Shown one piece after another: positions 42,553-54,439 of a stretch of 64,000 nt of DNA. The notes beneath the pieces are model-generated. The model was given only the letters and a program-made list of their open reading frames with translations, was not told the origin of the DNA and did no database searches. Made by a program: the position numbers and the translations under genes. Positions within the stretch are counted from its first letter, which is position 1, and every line of letters starts with the position of its first letter. Origin of the DNA: Psilocybe cubensis (lineage: Eukaryota); the NCBI GenBank assembly GCA_017499595.2, contig CM039009.1, forward strand, positions 620,001 through 684,000. The letters are read 5' to 3'.

Positions 42553-43689
42553 TATCTTTTCCGTCATCACCTGATTGAGTGATTCTAACAGCCACCTCTA
42601 TCTTCTCTCATATCCATCACATCCATTGCCCGTGACCAACCGCCCGCTGCGCTAAGCGCATACCAAAGTCTGGTTTGTGTATGTAAGCACTCTGGCTCTT
42701 TTTAAAAGCAGCTTACCTGTCCTAGTTGACTTCCTTTCGTATCATCAATGCGCTAGCCAAGGCCCAAATACCGCAGTCATCTTAATGATGCAACAATATT
42801 CAATGTATTGCCTTCTTACAGGGAAGAACTAAATGATAGACGGCAAAAAATAACATACCTAAGTATGTAACAGAATATACTTATTTGTATAGTGGACTCG
42901 GTGCACGGTGCCAGAAGTCATTCAGGCGTAGCGGGATTGTGTGTTGCCTATCGATCACTCGGCATACCTGCCGGACGATGTTTGGTTTGTGTCTGGGCAC
43001 CTCGCTCTTCCGGCTTTCCATAGTTCCCAGGGTTCGTATTGCTCGCTTCATGCCTTTTGCCACCTGCAAGTGGTCCTCCTAATCGATGGTTCTGGCGAGA
43101 TCCTTCAAATAACAGACATTTGCTCTGTTTTCTGTAGGTACAGTTTGACACGATTCTGTGGCACTGTCCAAACGCACCCAAGAGTTGCCACTTCCACCCG
43201 ATCACTCCAGAATTGGTTAGAGGATTGGACTTATGCCCTGCCAACTTTGCAACCGACAGAGTAGAGGAATCTAAGGCTGTTGTAGTCCAGGTTGTGTTCC
43301 TGTCTGTTTATAACTGGCAATTTCCTACCCTATCAAATACGCGTCCCTATTCGCCTTGGCGGTCTTATTCCGACTTGTCAATTCTAATTCTGGAGCCTCA
43401 CGGTGGTATGTATTCACAAAATGACTGTGGATTGAGGGTTCAAGCGCTCATATCTCACTCGGCTCACTATCTACACATCATTGACTAGGCTTTTGGATTT
43501 GGAACTCGTATTGTGCTGCGATCATTGTAGGAGAGTATCGATTTTATATTGTCGTTCGTGCCCGACCCTTCCTTACCTTCCTAACACAACTCTATTCATC
43601 GGCTAAAGGGATAAAAAGGGTGTTCACGGTGCTGCAATTGAAGACTGTCTAGGCCCTAGCGGCTGGTGATATTCAATATGGCGAGTAAG

Positions 43690-44600
43690 GATTGTATTCA
43701 TTCCCTGATCTTGAGGCAAAAAAAGGAGCGACCTACTGCTTGGAACGAGGCGACATGCTGCTGCCAGGCATTACGGATACAGAGGCGGGTCTATTATCAA
43801 CCCGAAAAACTCGGCATAATGTCGATATACTGTTCATAGAATTAATTATGATCCTTCGAATCATAACCAGAGACTTCGCCAAAGCGTCATCTAGACCTGT
43901 CGTATCCACTTTTTCGAGCCTTGTCATCGATAAGGAGATATTCTAGTTTCGAGGCGTCACCCTCAAGAGATCCTCCAGCAATTTCATCGAAATGGCTCCT
44001 TGTCGTTACTTACAACTCTTGGAGGTGTGCTATACTTGCAAGGAGGGATAACCATTGTGCGGACAAGCAAAACGTGCTGCTTGCAGGATTTAGGTGCGTC
44101 ACTTGTACCTCGAGACATCAAGATCGTAGCAACCGCTTTTGATGCTTCTCAGCCCAATGAGGTTGTGTTCTGCGCCGCTAGGAGATAGATCCGTAACATG
44201 TAACAAGGTCATAGTGGCAAAATTCATTGTATCTTCAGAGAAACCAAGCTCTGCCAGATGTTGTGGTGCGAGGGCGGTCACCTACCTCTAACTACTATCA
44301 CTTTTACCGATGAACCTGGTGGTTAAGGCGACTAAAGGGTGTAAAACAAGAGGGACACACGGCATCGGAGTCAATTTCCCAAAAGAGAGAACAATGCGGA
44401 CCTTGATATTTTCTGTCACAGATGATGTCTTTCCCATAGACATGACCTGGGCTTCAGAACCAATGGTGTTTCTCAAACATGGCCGCTGGGATTTAATCCC
44501 TTAGATGACCAACACGGTTTGACCATTTTGGAATTCATTAAGGCTCCATCGGGACACTCGATCTTTCTGGCTATGGGGCGGAGGTGCTAAAAAAGTAGGT
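43690..44600 (-). CDS. Possible uncharacterised multi-exon protein (boundaries approximate)
   Basis: Consecutive minus-strand coding-like segments (…ENIKVRIVLSF / VTALAPQHLAELGF… / …LAKSLVMIRRII…) separated by GT-AG-like gaps. No recognised domain. Confidence 0.35.
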
Positions 44601-45014
44601 GTAACAAAACCCCTTTCATGTGTCGTCCAACCTGGCCTGTCAAGAAATGTCGACATCCACCCCAAACGTGGGTCTGTTAAATCGGCCGCGCGGAATTCCT
44701 CGCCTTCTTTGCTCTTTTCTGCATCATCATCTCGGTCTCTGTCGATCTACGTTCAGCTTGTCTACGCTCGAGGCCTCCCTTGCGCGATTTATTACCCGGA
44801 ATACCGCAACGTGTCTGGGGAAACGCCCAAACTCCAAAAGGTCGCGTGTAAGATTGCGAATTCGGGCTTCTCTCTGGTAATTATTTTGCATCGTGTCCGA
44901 TGTCTTGACTTACACCTATCTGCCGAGTTCTTATCAATCATTCTGATTTTAGGTATACATTTGGACCAGGTGGTGTGTTTATTAGCCCATTGAGGAGCTC
45001 GAAGGTCTCCCACC

Positions 45015-46320
45015 ATGGAAAACTGGAGTCATGACGGTCCACACGCGACGCTGGCTGGGTCTCAAATAAAGCAAGTGTCACGCAAAGGCTTTAAACCGGC
45101 CTCGGATTTTGTCCTCCCTGATCCAACGTACCCGACTCGACCTGACGCCAAAAAGAAGTCGCACGCTCGAAAACGGCCTCCTGGCCATATCCCTCGCCCC
45201 AGAAACGCCTTCATACTCTTCAGGTGCGACTTCGTGCGCCAAAAGAGGATCCCAGAGTCAGTTGAGAACGACCACCGTAACATATCGCGCATAATCGGTA
45301 GAATCTGGAACCAGATGAGCGAAGAGCAACAGAAGCCCTGGCAGAAGATGGCAGCGCAGGAGAAAATTAACCATCATAAGATTTATCCTGATTACAGGTT
45401 CACGTCGGGTTCTACTAAGAAGAATCCTAAAAGAGGAGGTGATTCTCCACGCAAGGGGAAGAGAAAAGCGCCGCCCAAGGAGTTAGAGGAGGTTAGTAAC
45501 TTGATGCAGCGCGCCGAGTCTTGTCCCCCCGGTGCTCCCCTCGTGCCCCAGGCCATCATCGAAAATAATGAGCCTGCATACGGTGATCCATTGGTCACAC
45601 GAGATGATCTCTCGCGAAGACCTAGCTGCGTGAAGCTCTATCGTTCTGCTCCATATGACTTCAATTCAGATGGGCAGGCTGTTGGCTACTTCGAGGATCT
45701 CTCCCATCAGCACTATTACGCACAGGCGATGGCGGCTGGTAGTGCAATCCCGGTGGCCAATAAACAGGAGGGTACTGGGATGTCGGACGGAAATGCGTTG
45801 TTTTGTGGCCCTCGGTTAGACGCTGTTCAATATGCAATCCCGGATAGTACTACTCCTCCTGAGTGGGAGGCCAGCACCCCGCCATCGGACTTAGATTCTT
45901 TCCACCAGGACGACTATTCGCGACCTCCCAACAACTCTGTAAATTTCGTGAGTACCTTCGCGATATTCTACTATACATGATTCGATCTGATCATTCGATG
46001 TCCAGAATCAGAGTCACTTCTTACCAGCTTCTGAGGCCTTGTTTAACGACCCGTTCAATCCTGTTCTGGCATCTTTGTCGTCTCGAACTTCCCTGCCTCA
46101 CTACTCTCTTACCGGCGAGATATTGAACCCCATCGCCGCTGGATTATACATACCAAGATCTGATCTTCAAGGTGAGCCTTTTAACCATAACATCACAACT
46201 CATAATAACCTTGTCGTTTTTCTTGAAGGAGACGAAACCGCCAGCGAGCTCGCGGATGATATGATCTCTGAATTCACCCGTAATTTTCACGGTTCCTCGC
46301 GAGGACAGAACGACTTCTAA
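45015..46320 (+). CDS. HMG-box (MATA/SOX-type) transcription factor, two exons
   Basis: HIPRPRNAFILFR…ISRIIGRIWNQM…WQKMAAQEKINHHKIYPDYRF. GTGAGT donor near 45948. Confidence 0.88.
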
Positions 46321-47314
46321 GCTGGGATTCTGGTTTTTTTTTTTTTTTTGAAGCTTACACCTTGGCATTTTTGATTTCTGATTCGATTTGGGTATCCCTC
46401 TGTTATGACCATCTCACGACACTTCACTTTCAAATGTACATACTGGCAATCACATCTACTTCTAGACCTTAGTTGTGTTAAATTATATTACCCCCCTCCA
46501 TGATTTAATTATTTTCGAGCTCTGCGCTTTAGCTAATCGATTCAACAAATTATTTTTATCGTACTCATTCCATTCCGAATTCCGAACATCATCCCGAGCG
46601 AGGTAGCTCGCTAACTTGCACCATTCATTTCAAATAATATTTCTCTTCTCCACCAGTATTGAAATATAATAAGTCTATGTATCTTTACTGCCTTTTTTGA
46701 GCTGTGATGGCTTCTTTTTAGATTTTTTATCAACGTTCGCTCCGATTACTTTCAGTGCAGTGAGTCGGAGGAGTCCTCCGATTCTTTGGTCCCGTCTAAT
46801 GCACCTTGGCAAAGGGTACATCTCTCATTCTTTGGATGGTAATCAGTCACAGAGTTGCCACATTGCCGCTTGAGCTCGACTCTGACGCCAAGGTGCTCTG
46901 AATCCCAGCACTGACAAAGTACCTACCGTCACCGGTACCTGTCCCAAATTTAGACGGCCAAGAACCTCCTGGCGCTTGAGTCACGTGTCCGATAATCATT
47001 AAATCGGCGTGACAGATGTGACACTCTTCCTTCTTCCGCAACTCCTCCGAGTCCTAGTCAATTTCTATATTTTTCGCCGATATCGGGAACTTCAGGGGTC
47101 ATACGATACGTCCACGAAGCATACGACACCAAAAACCTGGCGATTTAGAACCGTTTTATTTTATCTTTATTTTCTTTTGTTCTTAATTACTTCCGTGAGT
47201 GTTGAAAAGATCTCTTAACTAAATTGAACTCCGTAATGATTTTTTTAGCTTTAGGGCTCTCTGAAGGGTTTTCTAGTATCTTGTATAGCAAAATACACCA
47301 GAGTATAGTAACAC

Positions 47315-49681
47315 ATGGTATATAGTTTCGTTCGATCACTTGCTATTCACAGCTGATTGATTTGCTTTAGCCCGTGTGTACTGACTGTGGTGGGACGGTC
47401 ATCGAGTATGACCAAGCTGCAGGAAATGGCTTCTGCGTCCAATGTGGAACTGTTGTAGAAGAGAATACAATTGTGAATGAGGTTGGATTTGGAGAGACCG
47501 CCAGTGGTGCCGCCATCGTTCAGGGTTCTTTCGTGGGACAAGGCGCAAGTCAGTCCATCCTTTGTCTTGTGTTGTATTTGACATGACGTTTTCTATCAGC
47601 CCATGCTCGAATGAGTGGTCCGTATGGGAACAGAGGAAGCAACGAATCAAGAGAGCAAACGATTGCCAATGGTACGTTCCGTCGGATTCGCACAAGTCAC
47701 TCCTGCTGAAAGAGACCGCGGGATCAGCCAGCAAAAAGATCCAAAACATTGCCAACGTATTGAAGCTCTCCGAAGTCGTTTGTCTCGCCGCGACCAGATT
47801 GTATACCCTTGCAGTGGAGCACAAGTTTACGAAAGGACGGAAGAGCATGAACGTTGTTGCAGTTTGCCTCTACGTTGCTTGTCGGCAGAAGGAAACTCGA
47901 AACTACATGTTGATAGACTTTTCGGATCTCCTTCAAGTGCGTTATTGTCAACTTTTTTTTGCCTTTCCGTCTCACTCTTCGCTACAGGTAAATGTCTTTG
48001 AGCTAGGCCACACCTATCTCCAACTCGTTCAGACCCTCAATCTTCGTCTCCCACTTGTTGATCCATCTCATTATATCTCCCGTTTCTCAGCCCTCCTCGA
48101 ATTCGGTGACGAAACACACCGTGTTGCTACTGATGCCGTTCGCCTTGTCCAGCGGTTCGACCGAGATTGGATGACCCGTGGACGCAGACCTGCCGGAATA
48201 TGCGGTGCAGCATTACTCCTTGCCGCTCGAATGAACAACTTCCGCCGTTCGGTGGAAGAGATTGTGCAGGTAGTCAAAATTGCAGACACAACACTCAAGA
48301 AGCGACTGGACGAGTTCAAAGCTACGCCGAGCGGCGCCTTGACCCTAGCAGATTTCAGGAACGTCTGGTTGGACGAGGAGATGGATCCGCCCGCGTACAC
48401 GAAGGGAAAGGAGAGAGAAGAAGCACTGAGGCGTGCGGCTGAGGGTGGCGGAGATGAAGACGCACAAGGAAACAGAAAGGCGAAAAAGGGGAGCAAAAAA
48501 AGAAAGGGTAAGCGGAAACGAGGAGAAGAGACGGACGATGAAGAGGAGCAGCAACTTGAAGCGTCCTCCCAGCTCCCGCCTCGTCAACCGCTCGACCTAT
48601 CTATTCTATCCGATAGCATTTTAGCGGATGTGATACCTGCTCCAGAATCGACTTTAGTGGACAATAGCAACATTGATCCTGCCCTCCTTGATCATTCGCT
48701 ATCGATACCGGCTACCCTCGTATCCCAAAATTCGTCCATACCCACTCCTAATCTCTCTCCACCCGCCATGACGCTCGTCGATGAAACGGCCTCCGAAGTA
48801 CTTACCGAAGAAGTTTCTACGTTTTTGCACAATACGGTAGGCGAGCGGTTAACTGAAGCCCTTGATGAAGCCGAGTCACGACGACTGGCGTCTATTGCTG
48901 TGGTAGACGAGCTCATGGGCCTCAATGAAGAAGAATTGGATAAATTCATTTTGTCCGAAGATGAAGTTAAGATCAAAGAACGAGTTTGGGTGGAATTGAA
49001 TAAAGATTATTTGGAAGCTCTTGCAGGCGAGTTTTCTATGATGTTCAATACAATGCCTAATTTTTGTTAAATCATTGAGATCGTTTTGCTGACTGGTCTT
49101 GTCTTGTAGCGAAAGGTGACCAAGAGGCTTCTGGAACATCCAGGAGTAGGAAGGTTCGTATCTCGATCATGCCACCTAATTTTTTCTTTTCATCGACATC
49201 TCCACTTTTTCACTGTTTGATGTTATCCCCGATCCTTACCTCTGTTCAACAGCGACGCAAGACGAATAATAAACCCCGCGATGCCTCCTCTGCTGCGGGT
49301 GACACCGCCGCCGAATCCGTCCGCAATCTAATTAAGAAAAATCCCAAATACAGTAAGCGGATCAACTATGAGGCGCTTAAAGATCTCTTCGTGAACAACG
49401 GATCGGCGCCGTCCATTGCTAAGACTATGACCACTAGCGATGACGAGAAGGACGACGCGGAGCTTTATACCATGCCAGATGACGATTATGACAAGACAGA
49501 CGAGGGCGAGATGAACGTTATTGTAGAAGAAGAACCTGGAACAGTGGTCCTAAAACCGGCAACAGCGGGTAAAAAGAAGAAGGGTGTCGAGGCGCTGCTG
49601 GAGGAGGTGGACGAGGAGGCGAGCGATGATGATAAAGAAGACGATATGGAATATGAGGATGCGTATGAACAGGAGGTTTAG
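47315..49681 (+). CDS. BRF1: TFIIIB subunit Brf1
   Basis: ATG-only first exon, then zinc ribbon CTDCGG…CVQCG, cyclin folds (FTKGRKSMNVVAVCLYVACR, VDPSHYISRF, GRRPAGICGAAL), and C-terminal blocks KERVWVELNKDYL and YSKRINYEAL. Confidence 0.95.
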
Positions 49682-50198
49682 CACCAGGTGTGAATTATCA
49701 TTATTATTATTCTTCTATCATCCTTCGTCTTTGGATTGTATGCCTCTTTGGTTTGACTGCACGGAACCATTCATATGTGTAAACATTGCAAATGTACATC
49801 AAGATAAATTGACAGTTTCTGGTTAGTAAATTATGCTGTATTCCCTTACGTTACATTATCGAATTTCATGTTGACTTGTACACACACCCAGGATACCTCA
49901 ATTGTACTATCAATAAAACTCATCAAAGCAAGAACCAGTTCAGACAATCAACCTGTGACCGTTTGTGCACTAGGGTTGGTAAGCTTTTAAACCAGAACAC
50001 GGGCGTTAAATTCAGCAAGTGTTTCCTATCTCCAAACCTGTTCACAAAACAGAAGCTATACATGTCGCTTGGGGCCTGTCTGTGACATAACGGAATAAAT
50101 GTTTTTGGTACCTATGATCCGACATATCTGCGATATAAAATTGGACCTCGCGTTTTAATAAGTTCGACACGCACCCTCTCCCTCAATAACGTTTCCAT

Positions 50199-52813
50199 AT
50201 GTCTAATCTCACTGAACATTTTCTCAAACCGGAAGCGTCCACAGACGCCTTTAAGGCACATCTCACCACCTTGCTATCGTTTTACGAGCGTGGACCTCAT
50301 TCTGATGAACCAGCATTTACATATGATGGCCCAGTTGACTCCCAAACTGAAGCTATCCTGCGCTCGCTCGAGGCAATTGCGAAGAGGATGTGGATCTCTG
50401 AGGGTATGGTGAACAGTGGGATGCGCAGTCCTTTGGTATTTATTTAAAATTGATATCCTGTATGCACTGTTGCTCAATTTCTTGGTTTGATTTACAGGAT
50501 GATAACAAGGTTGCTGAATTGGGGTATCATCTTGTACACCACTCTGAGGCTACCTCGTCCATCGAAGGTGCTGGAGATAGCGTTGAGAGAAGTACCACCG
50601 GCAATGAAGCTATTGGGGCTTCTCCCAAGCACTGCCCTAATTGTGGGAACTCTTTCGAACGATCGCCACTGCTGCATACCAATCTTCAAGATGGCACAGA
50701 AGACACACCTCAAGCTGTGCCTTCTTCTATTGTTGCAGATAGCAGTGATGAAATTGTGTTTAGGCCAGGTGAAGAAATCAGGTTGCTAAAAAGTCAACTT
50801 GAGGACGTAGCCAGAGTCTGCGAGTCCGTTTCGCGAGGTAATTTGGGCCATAAAATCACATCGCCCGTTGAGGGCGGGATCATGGCGCAAGTTAAAGATT
50901 CTGTCAACAGTATGGTATTACTCCAATCTTTCTGCAATGTCTAGACTATTACTTACTGGGTATATCTTCCTTATCGACATTATGGTTTTTATGTAGGTCG
51001 ATAACCTTTCCAAACTCGCCAATGACGTCACCCGCCTATCCCGAGATTTGGGCACGGATGGGTGAGTATTTATTCGGTTTTCCAAGTCGCTCCATCCTTG
51101 CATCCGCTCTCTCCACGCGTATTTGGCGCAGCAATAACCCAACTACATGTATCGTGCCCTCTAGTTCTATAAATAACGGAAAAAAGATGACCGTGCTGAC
51201 CCAATGTCTATAGGAAACTAGGCGTCCAAATTGAATTCCTCCCGAACATGGGAGGTCAGCTTGGCGACATGGTTGATAATCTGAACAGAATGACTCTGGA
51301 TGTTACGAATCAGGCATGGTTTTTGCGGATACACTTCGAGATATTTTGTCTGATATATGGTTCTGGCGTTGTGCGTGTAGGTCAGGTCCATTTCAAAGGT
51401 TTCGAAAGCTATCTATGTAGGAGATTTGAGCAAGCAAATTGAGGTCAAGGCGAAGGGTGAAATATTGGAGTTGAAGGATATAGTAAACGGCATCGTGCTT
51501 CGGTGGGTATTTATATTCATTAAATACACCATGCTTGACTTGACTAATATGACGTCCATGTTTTTGCTTTGAAGACAGCGTGTTTTGACGAAAGAGGTGT
51601 GTAGAGTCACGTCGGAAATCAGCAAAGGCAGGATTGGTGGGCGAGCAGAAGTTCCACATGTTGAGGGTGTGTGGTTCTCATTCGTCACAGGCATCAACGT
51701 AGGTTGACACTTGCTTCTATCTGTGTTCAATGGCTTACCGTATGTTGAATGCAGTCAATGACGAGCACATTGGAGAATGGTTTGCGCGCGACAAGCTATG
51801 TTGCAAATGCCATTGTACAAGGAGATCTAAGTAAAAGAATCGAAGTAGATGTGGAGGGAGATCTCCTTGCTCTCAAGACGGCAGTCAACTCCATCGCTGA
51901 TCGTCTACAGACCACTTCAAACGAGATCATACAACTCAACCGCCAACTCAGGGTGGAAGGCATGCTGGACGCGCACGCAGCGTCAGCTGATGCACAAGGC
52001 GTATGGAAAGAACTTTTGCAGAGCGCCAACGGTGTAGCTGCTACTCTCAAAAGTTGTGTGAGAGCAACCTCCGAGGTCTTGAAGGCAGTTGCGGGTGGAG
52101 ATCTGGAAACTTCTATGCAAATAGGTGAGGCACAAGGGGAGGTACTGGAGTTGACAGAGACGGTCAATGGTACTGTAGAATTTCTCAGAGTATTTACAGA
52201 GGAGGTGGTAAGAATGACAAGGACAGTTGGTGTAGAAGGTCGGCTTGGGCACCAAGTATTGGTTTCGCATGTGGGAGGGACGTGGAAGGAAATAGTTGAT
52301 GGCCTCAATGGTTTAACTTACAATGTGAGTATCTCAACCTATCGCTTGGATAATGCTTATTTTTTTCAACCAGTTGATGCTGCTTGTACGAACAGCCATG
52401 GTAGCTCTCGTAAGTGTTATTCAGTATCAGAGTCGGTGCCAATTTTTCCGACCATTTTTTTAAAAAAAGGTTTCCGTAGCTCGAGGAGATCTGTCGCAGA
52501 AGATTGTAGGCATAACGCTACACGGAGAGATGTCGGATCTGGTGCAAATCATCAACGAGATGATTGACGTATTGTTCAAGTTTACAAAGGACAGCAAGCG
52601 GATTGCGCGTGAAGGCGACACGGAGGGTATCTTAACCCATGCTGAAGTGGGGGGCGTCATCGGAATTTGGAATGAGATTATGTGGGTCTTTCTTTTGCTT
52701 CATAACTAATCGGTGATTAACTGGGTTATGTGCCATGTAGACGAATTTTGGCTCTCGAGTATGATAAGGAGAATCAACGTCGGGCTACTGGTGGTGAACT
52801 CGAAGTTTGGTGA
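50199..52813 (+). CDS. HAMP-repeat-only paralog of the group III histidine kinase (no kinase or receiver domain seen)
   Basis: N-terminus DAFKAHLTTLLSFYE parallels 56745; EEIRLLKSQLEDVARVC and repeated GDLSK.IEV…G HAMP units follow. Predicted last exon ends ELEVW-TGA at 52813. Confidence 0.75.
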
Positions 52814-53409
52814 AACGGATTGCTGCCCAATGTATTATATCAAGCCTGTTAGCCGATCATGGTAAGTCTGTAGTATCGATTAAAAACCCAACATGGATCG
52901 GCACCTACCTACTCAATTTCCCTACCAGCTCACTGTTTTTGATCTCAAATTTTGAGAGCGAAAACAAAATTATCGTTTAATTACCTGTGTCGCAGTTTCA
53001 CGTCACCTTGTGCGTTCCAATACACCATCAAAGACAAATTTGGCGCAAAACTATAGAATAAGGTCGATGAAGGCAAGTGGAAACTAATGCCCGCAAACTA
53101 ACGATGCTTATACAGGAACTTATTCTGACTTCGCCATTTTAATCACGTCTTGAACTGGGTAGAAAAAAAAAACCGGAAAAAGGTGGCTGAGCGTAGCTCA
53201 CAGACGGCATTAAGAGGGTTGTCCATCTTCATAAAAAGAAGATTGTGAATAAAATTTGCTGATACCCTCACTAAAGAGGCGCAGAATGACACCATGACTG
53301 CTGTGAGTCATATAAAGTACAGAGTTGAAAAGAATAAATATATTTATCGAATGCCGGCACAGATATTGAGGACTTTGACTCTTCTTGATATTCAATCTTC
53401 TTGAATCGA

Positions 53410-54075
53410 TTACACAGTTACAGGAACTGTATACAATGTGATTGGCGAACAGTCACTTGGCCCATCTCCAGGTGAAAGTTTATACCAGACCTTTTAATTA
53501 ATACAAAGCAATCAGTTATAAATTTCAGAGGCACAGACAAGCTGCACTAACTTCCTGACCGACCCCACAGGCGTAGAATCCACCGACGTAGTTAATCACC
53601 AGGTGGGCTCCAAGCTGACTGTTCTCAATGTTGGACTGGATCTGGAAGCCGTCGTAGCGTGCACACCTAAAGGCACTGGCACCCATGACGAATCCTAGCT
53701 GCCCGTATGTGCTACATCCAGAAGAACCTAGTTGGGACGCCAGAACAGGCATGTATGTTTGTGACGTGGATCCTGCCGGGTTAAGAGCAGTAAGGCGGCC
53801 TTGAGTAAAATAGAACTGTCCAATAGGGCCTGTTCCGGTTAAGGTGCTATACCCTCCTGCGCCTCCGTTCATCCTGAGTGGCTGTAAACGAAAAATCAAA
53901 TTTGTGGTCAGGATGAATCCACTTCAGCACCACGTACCAAAAGGTTTGACGGAGAACTAGGAGACGATGAGACAAAATAAAACAAAGGTGTGCTGGCACC
54001 CGGGATGACAACTCCCAATGCACTCCGGATAGTAAGCAAGGCGAGTGTAGCAAATGCTGCTGATAGAAAAAACAT
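53410..54075 (-). CDS. Small secreted Cys-containing protein (three exons; cell-wall-protein-like)
   Basis: Signal peptide MFFLSAAFATLALLTIRSALG, two GT-AG introns, GGFYACG and C-terminus DCSPITLYTVPVTV-stop. Confidence 0.8.
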
Positions 54076-54439
54076 CGTTCTCGAGTCAGGATTTGGCGTG
54101 TTATGGATGCTTGAAAGCTGGTGGCACTGCTCTTTTTATGTCTCTTCTCATAAGCTTGGTAGAGTCGCTTAGTTGAATAGACCATAAATCACGAACGCGA
54201 ATGAATAATAGATTTTGTTCAGATGTATGATCGTCATAATCATCATCTTGTCTGGGTAAGACTTTTCTGACTATAAGAGTAATCCTAGTTTTCTAGGCAC
54301 CTTGGCGCAGAGGACGCTCTGACTAGCTCTAATCCAGAAATAGGGCCCTAGGTCTCATGATACGATGAAACAGCGTTAGGACGGACACTATTCGAGGAGT
54401 AAGACCACCTCCAAGTTGACGCCAGTTTCTTTGATCTCC

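Larger units (their letters stand above)
20026..42590 (+). mobile_element. Tandem TRIM (LTR-internal-LTR-internal-LTR) with tRNA-like LTRs; Helenus/Cassandra-like architecture
   Basis: 140-bp TG..CA LTRs at 20026-20165, 20282-20402 plus 42325-42333 (split), and 42451-42590. Internal regions of 116 and 117 bp begin with PBS TGGTAGCAG and end with PPT AGGGGGTG. 5-bp TSD GCCAC at 20021-20025 and 42591-42595. Confidence 0.92.
19168..43022. mobile_element. Non-autonomous TIR DNA element (~1.3 kb when empty), outermost layer of the nest
   Basis: ~167-bp imperfect TIRs at 19168-19335 and 42856-43022, with further inverted homology 19457-19500 vs 42811-42854. Direct flanks GTTCCC at 19162-19167 and 43023-43028. 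Confidence 0.8.

Noticed and set aside
45015..46320. HMG-box gene as a mating-type locus
   Set aside because: No homeodomain pair, pheromone or receptor genes are nearby, and agaricomycete mating-type loci are not HMG-based.
47315..49681. Functional link between BRF1 (a Pol III factor) and the nearby tRNA-bearing TRIM
   Set aside because: BRF1 is a housekeeping gene outside the nest, and nothing in the sequence supports more than chance proximity.
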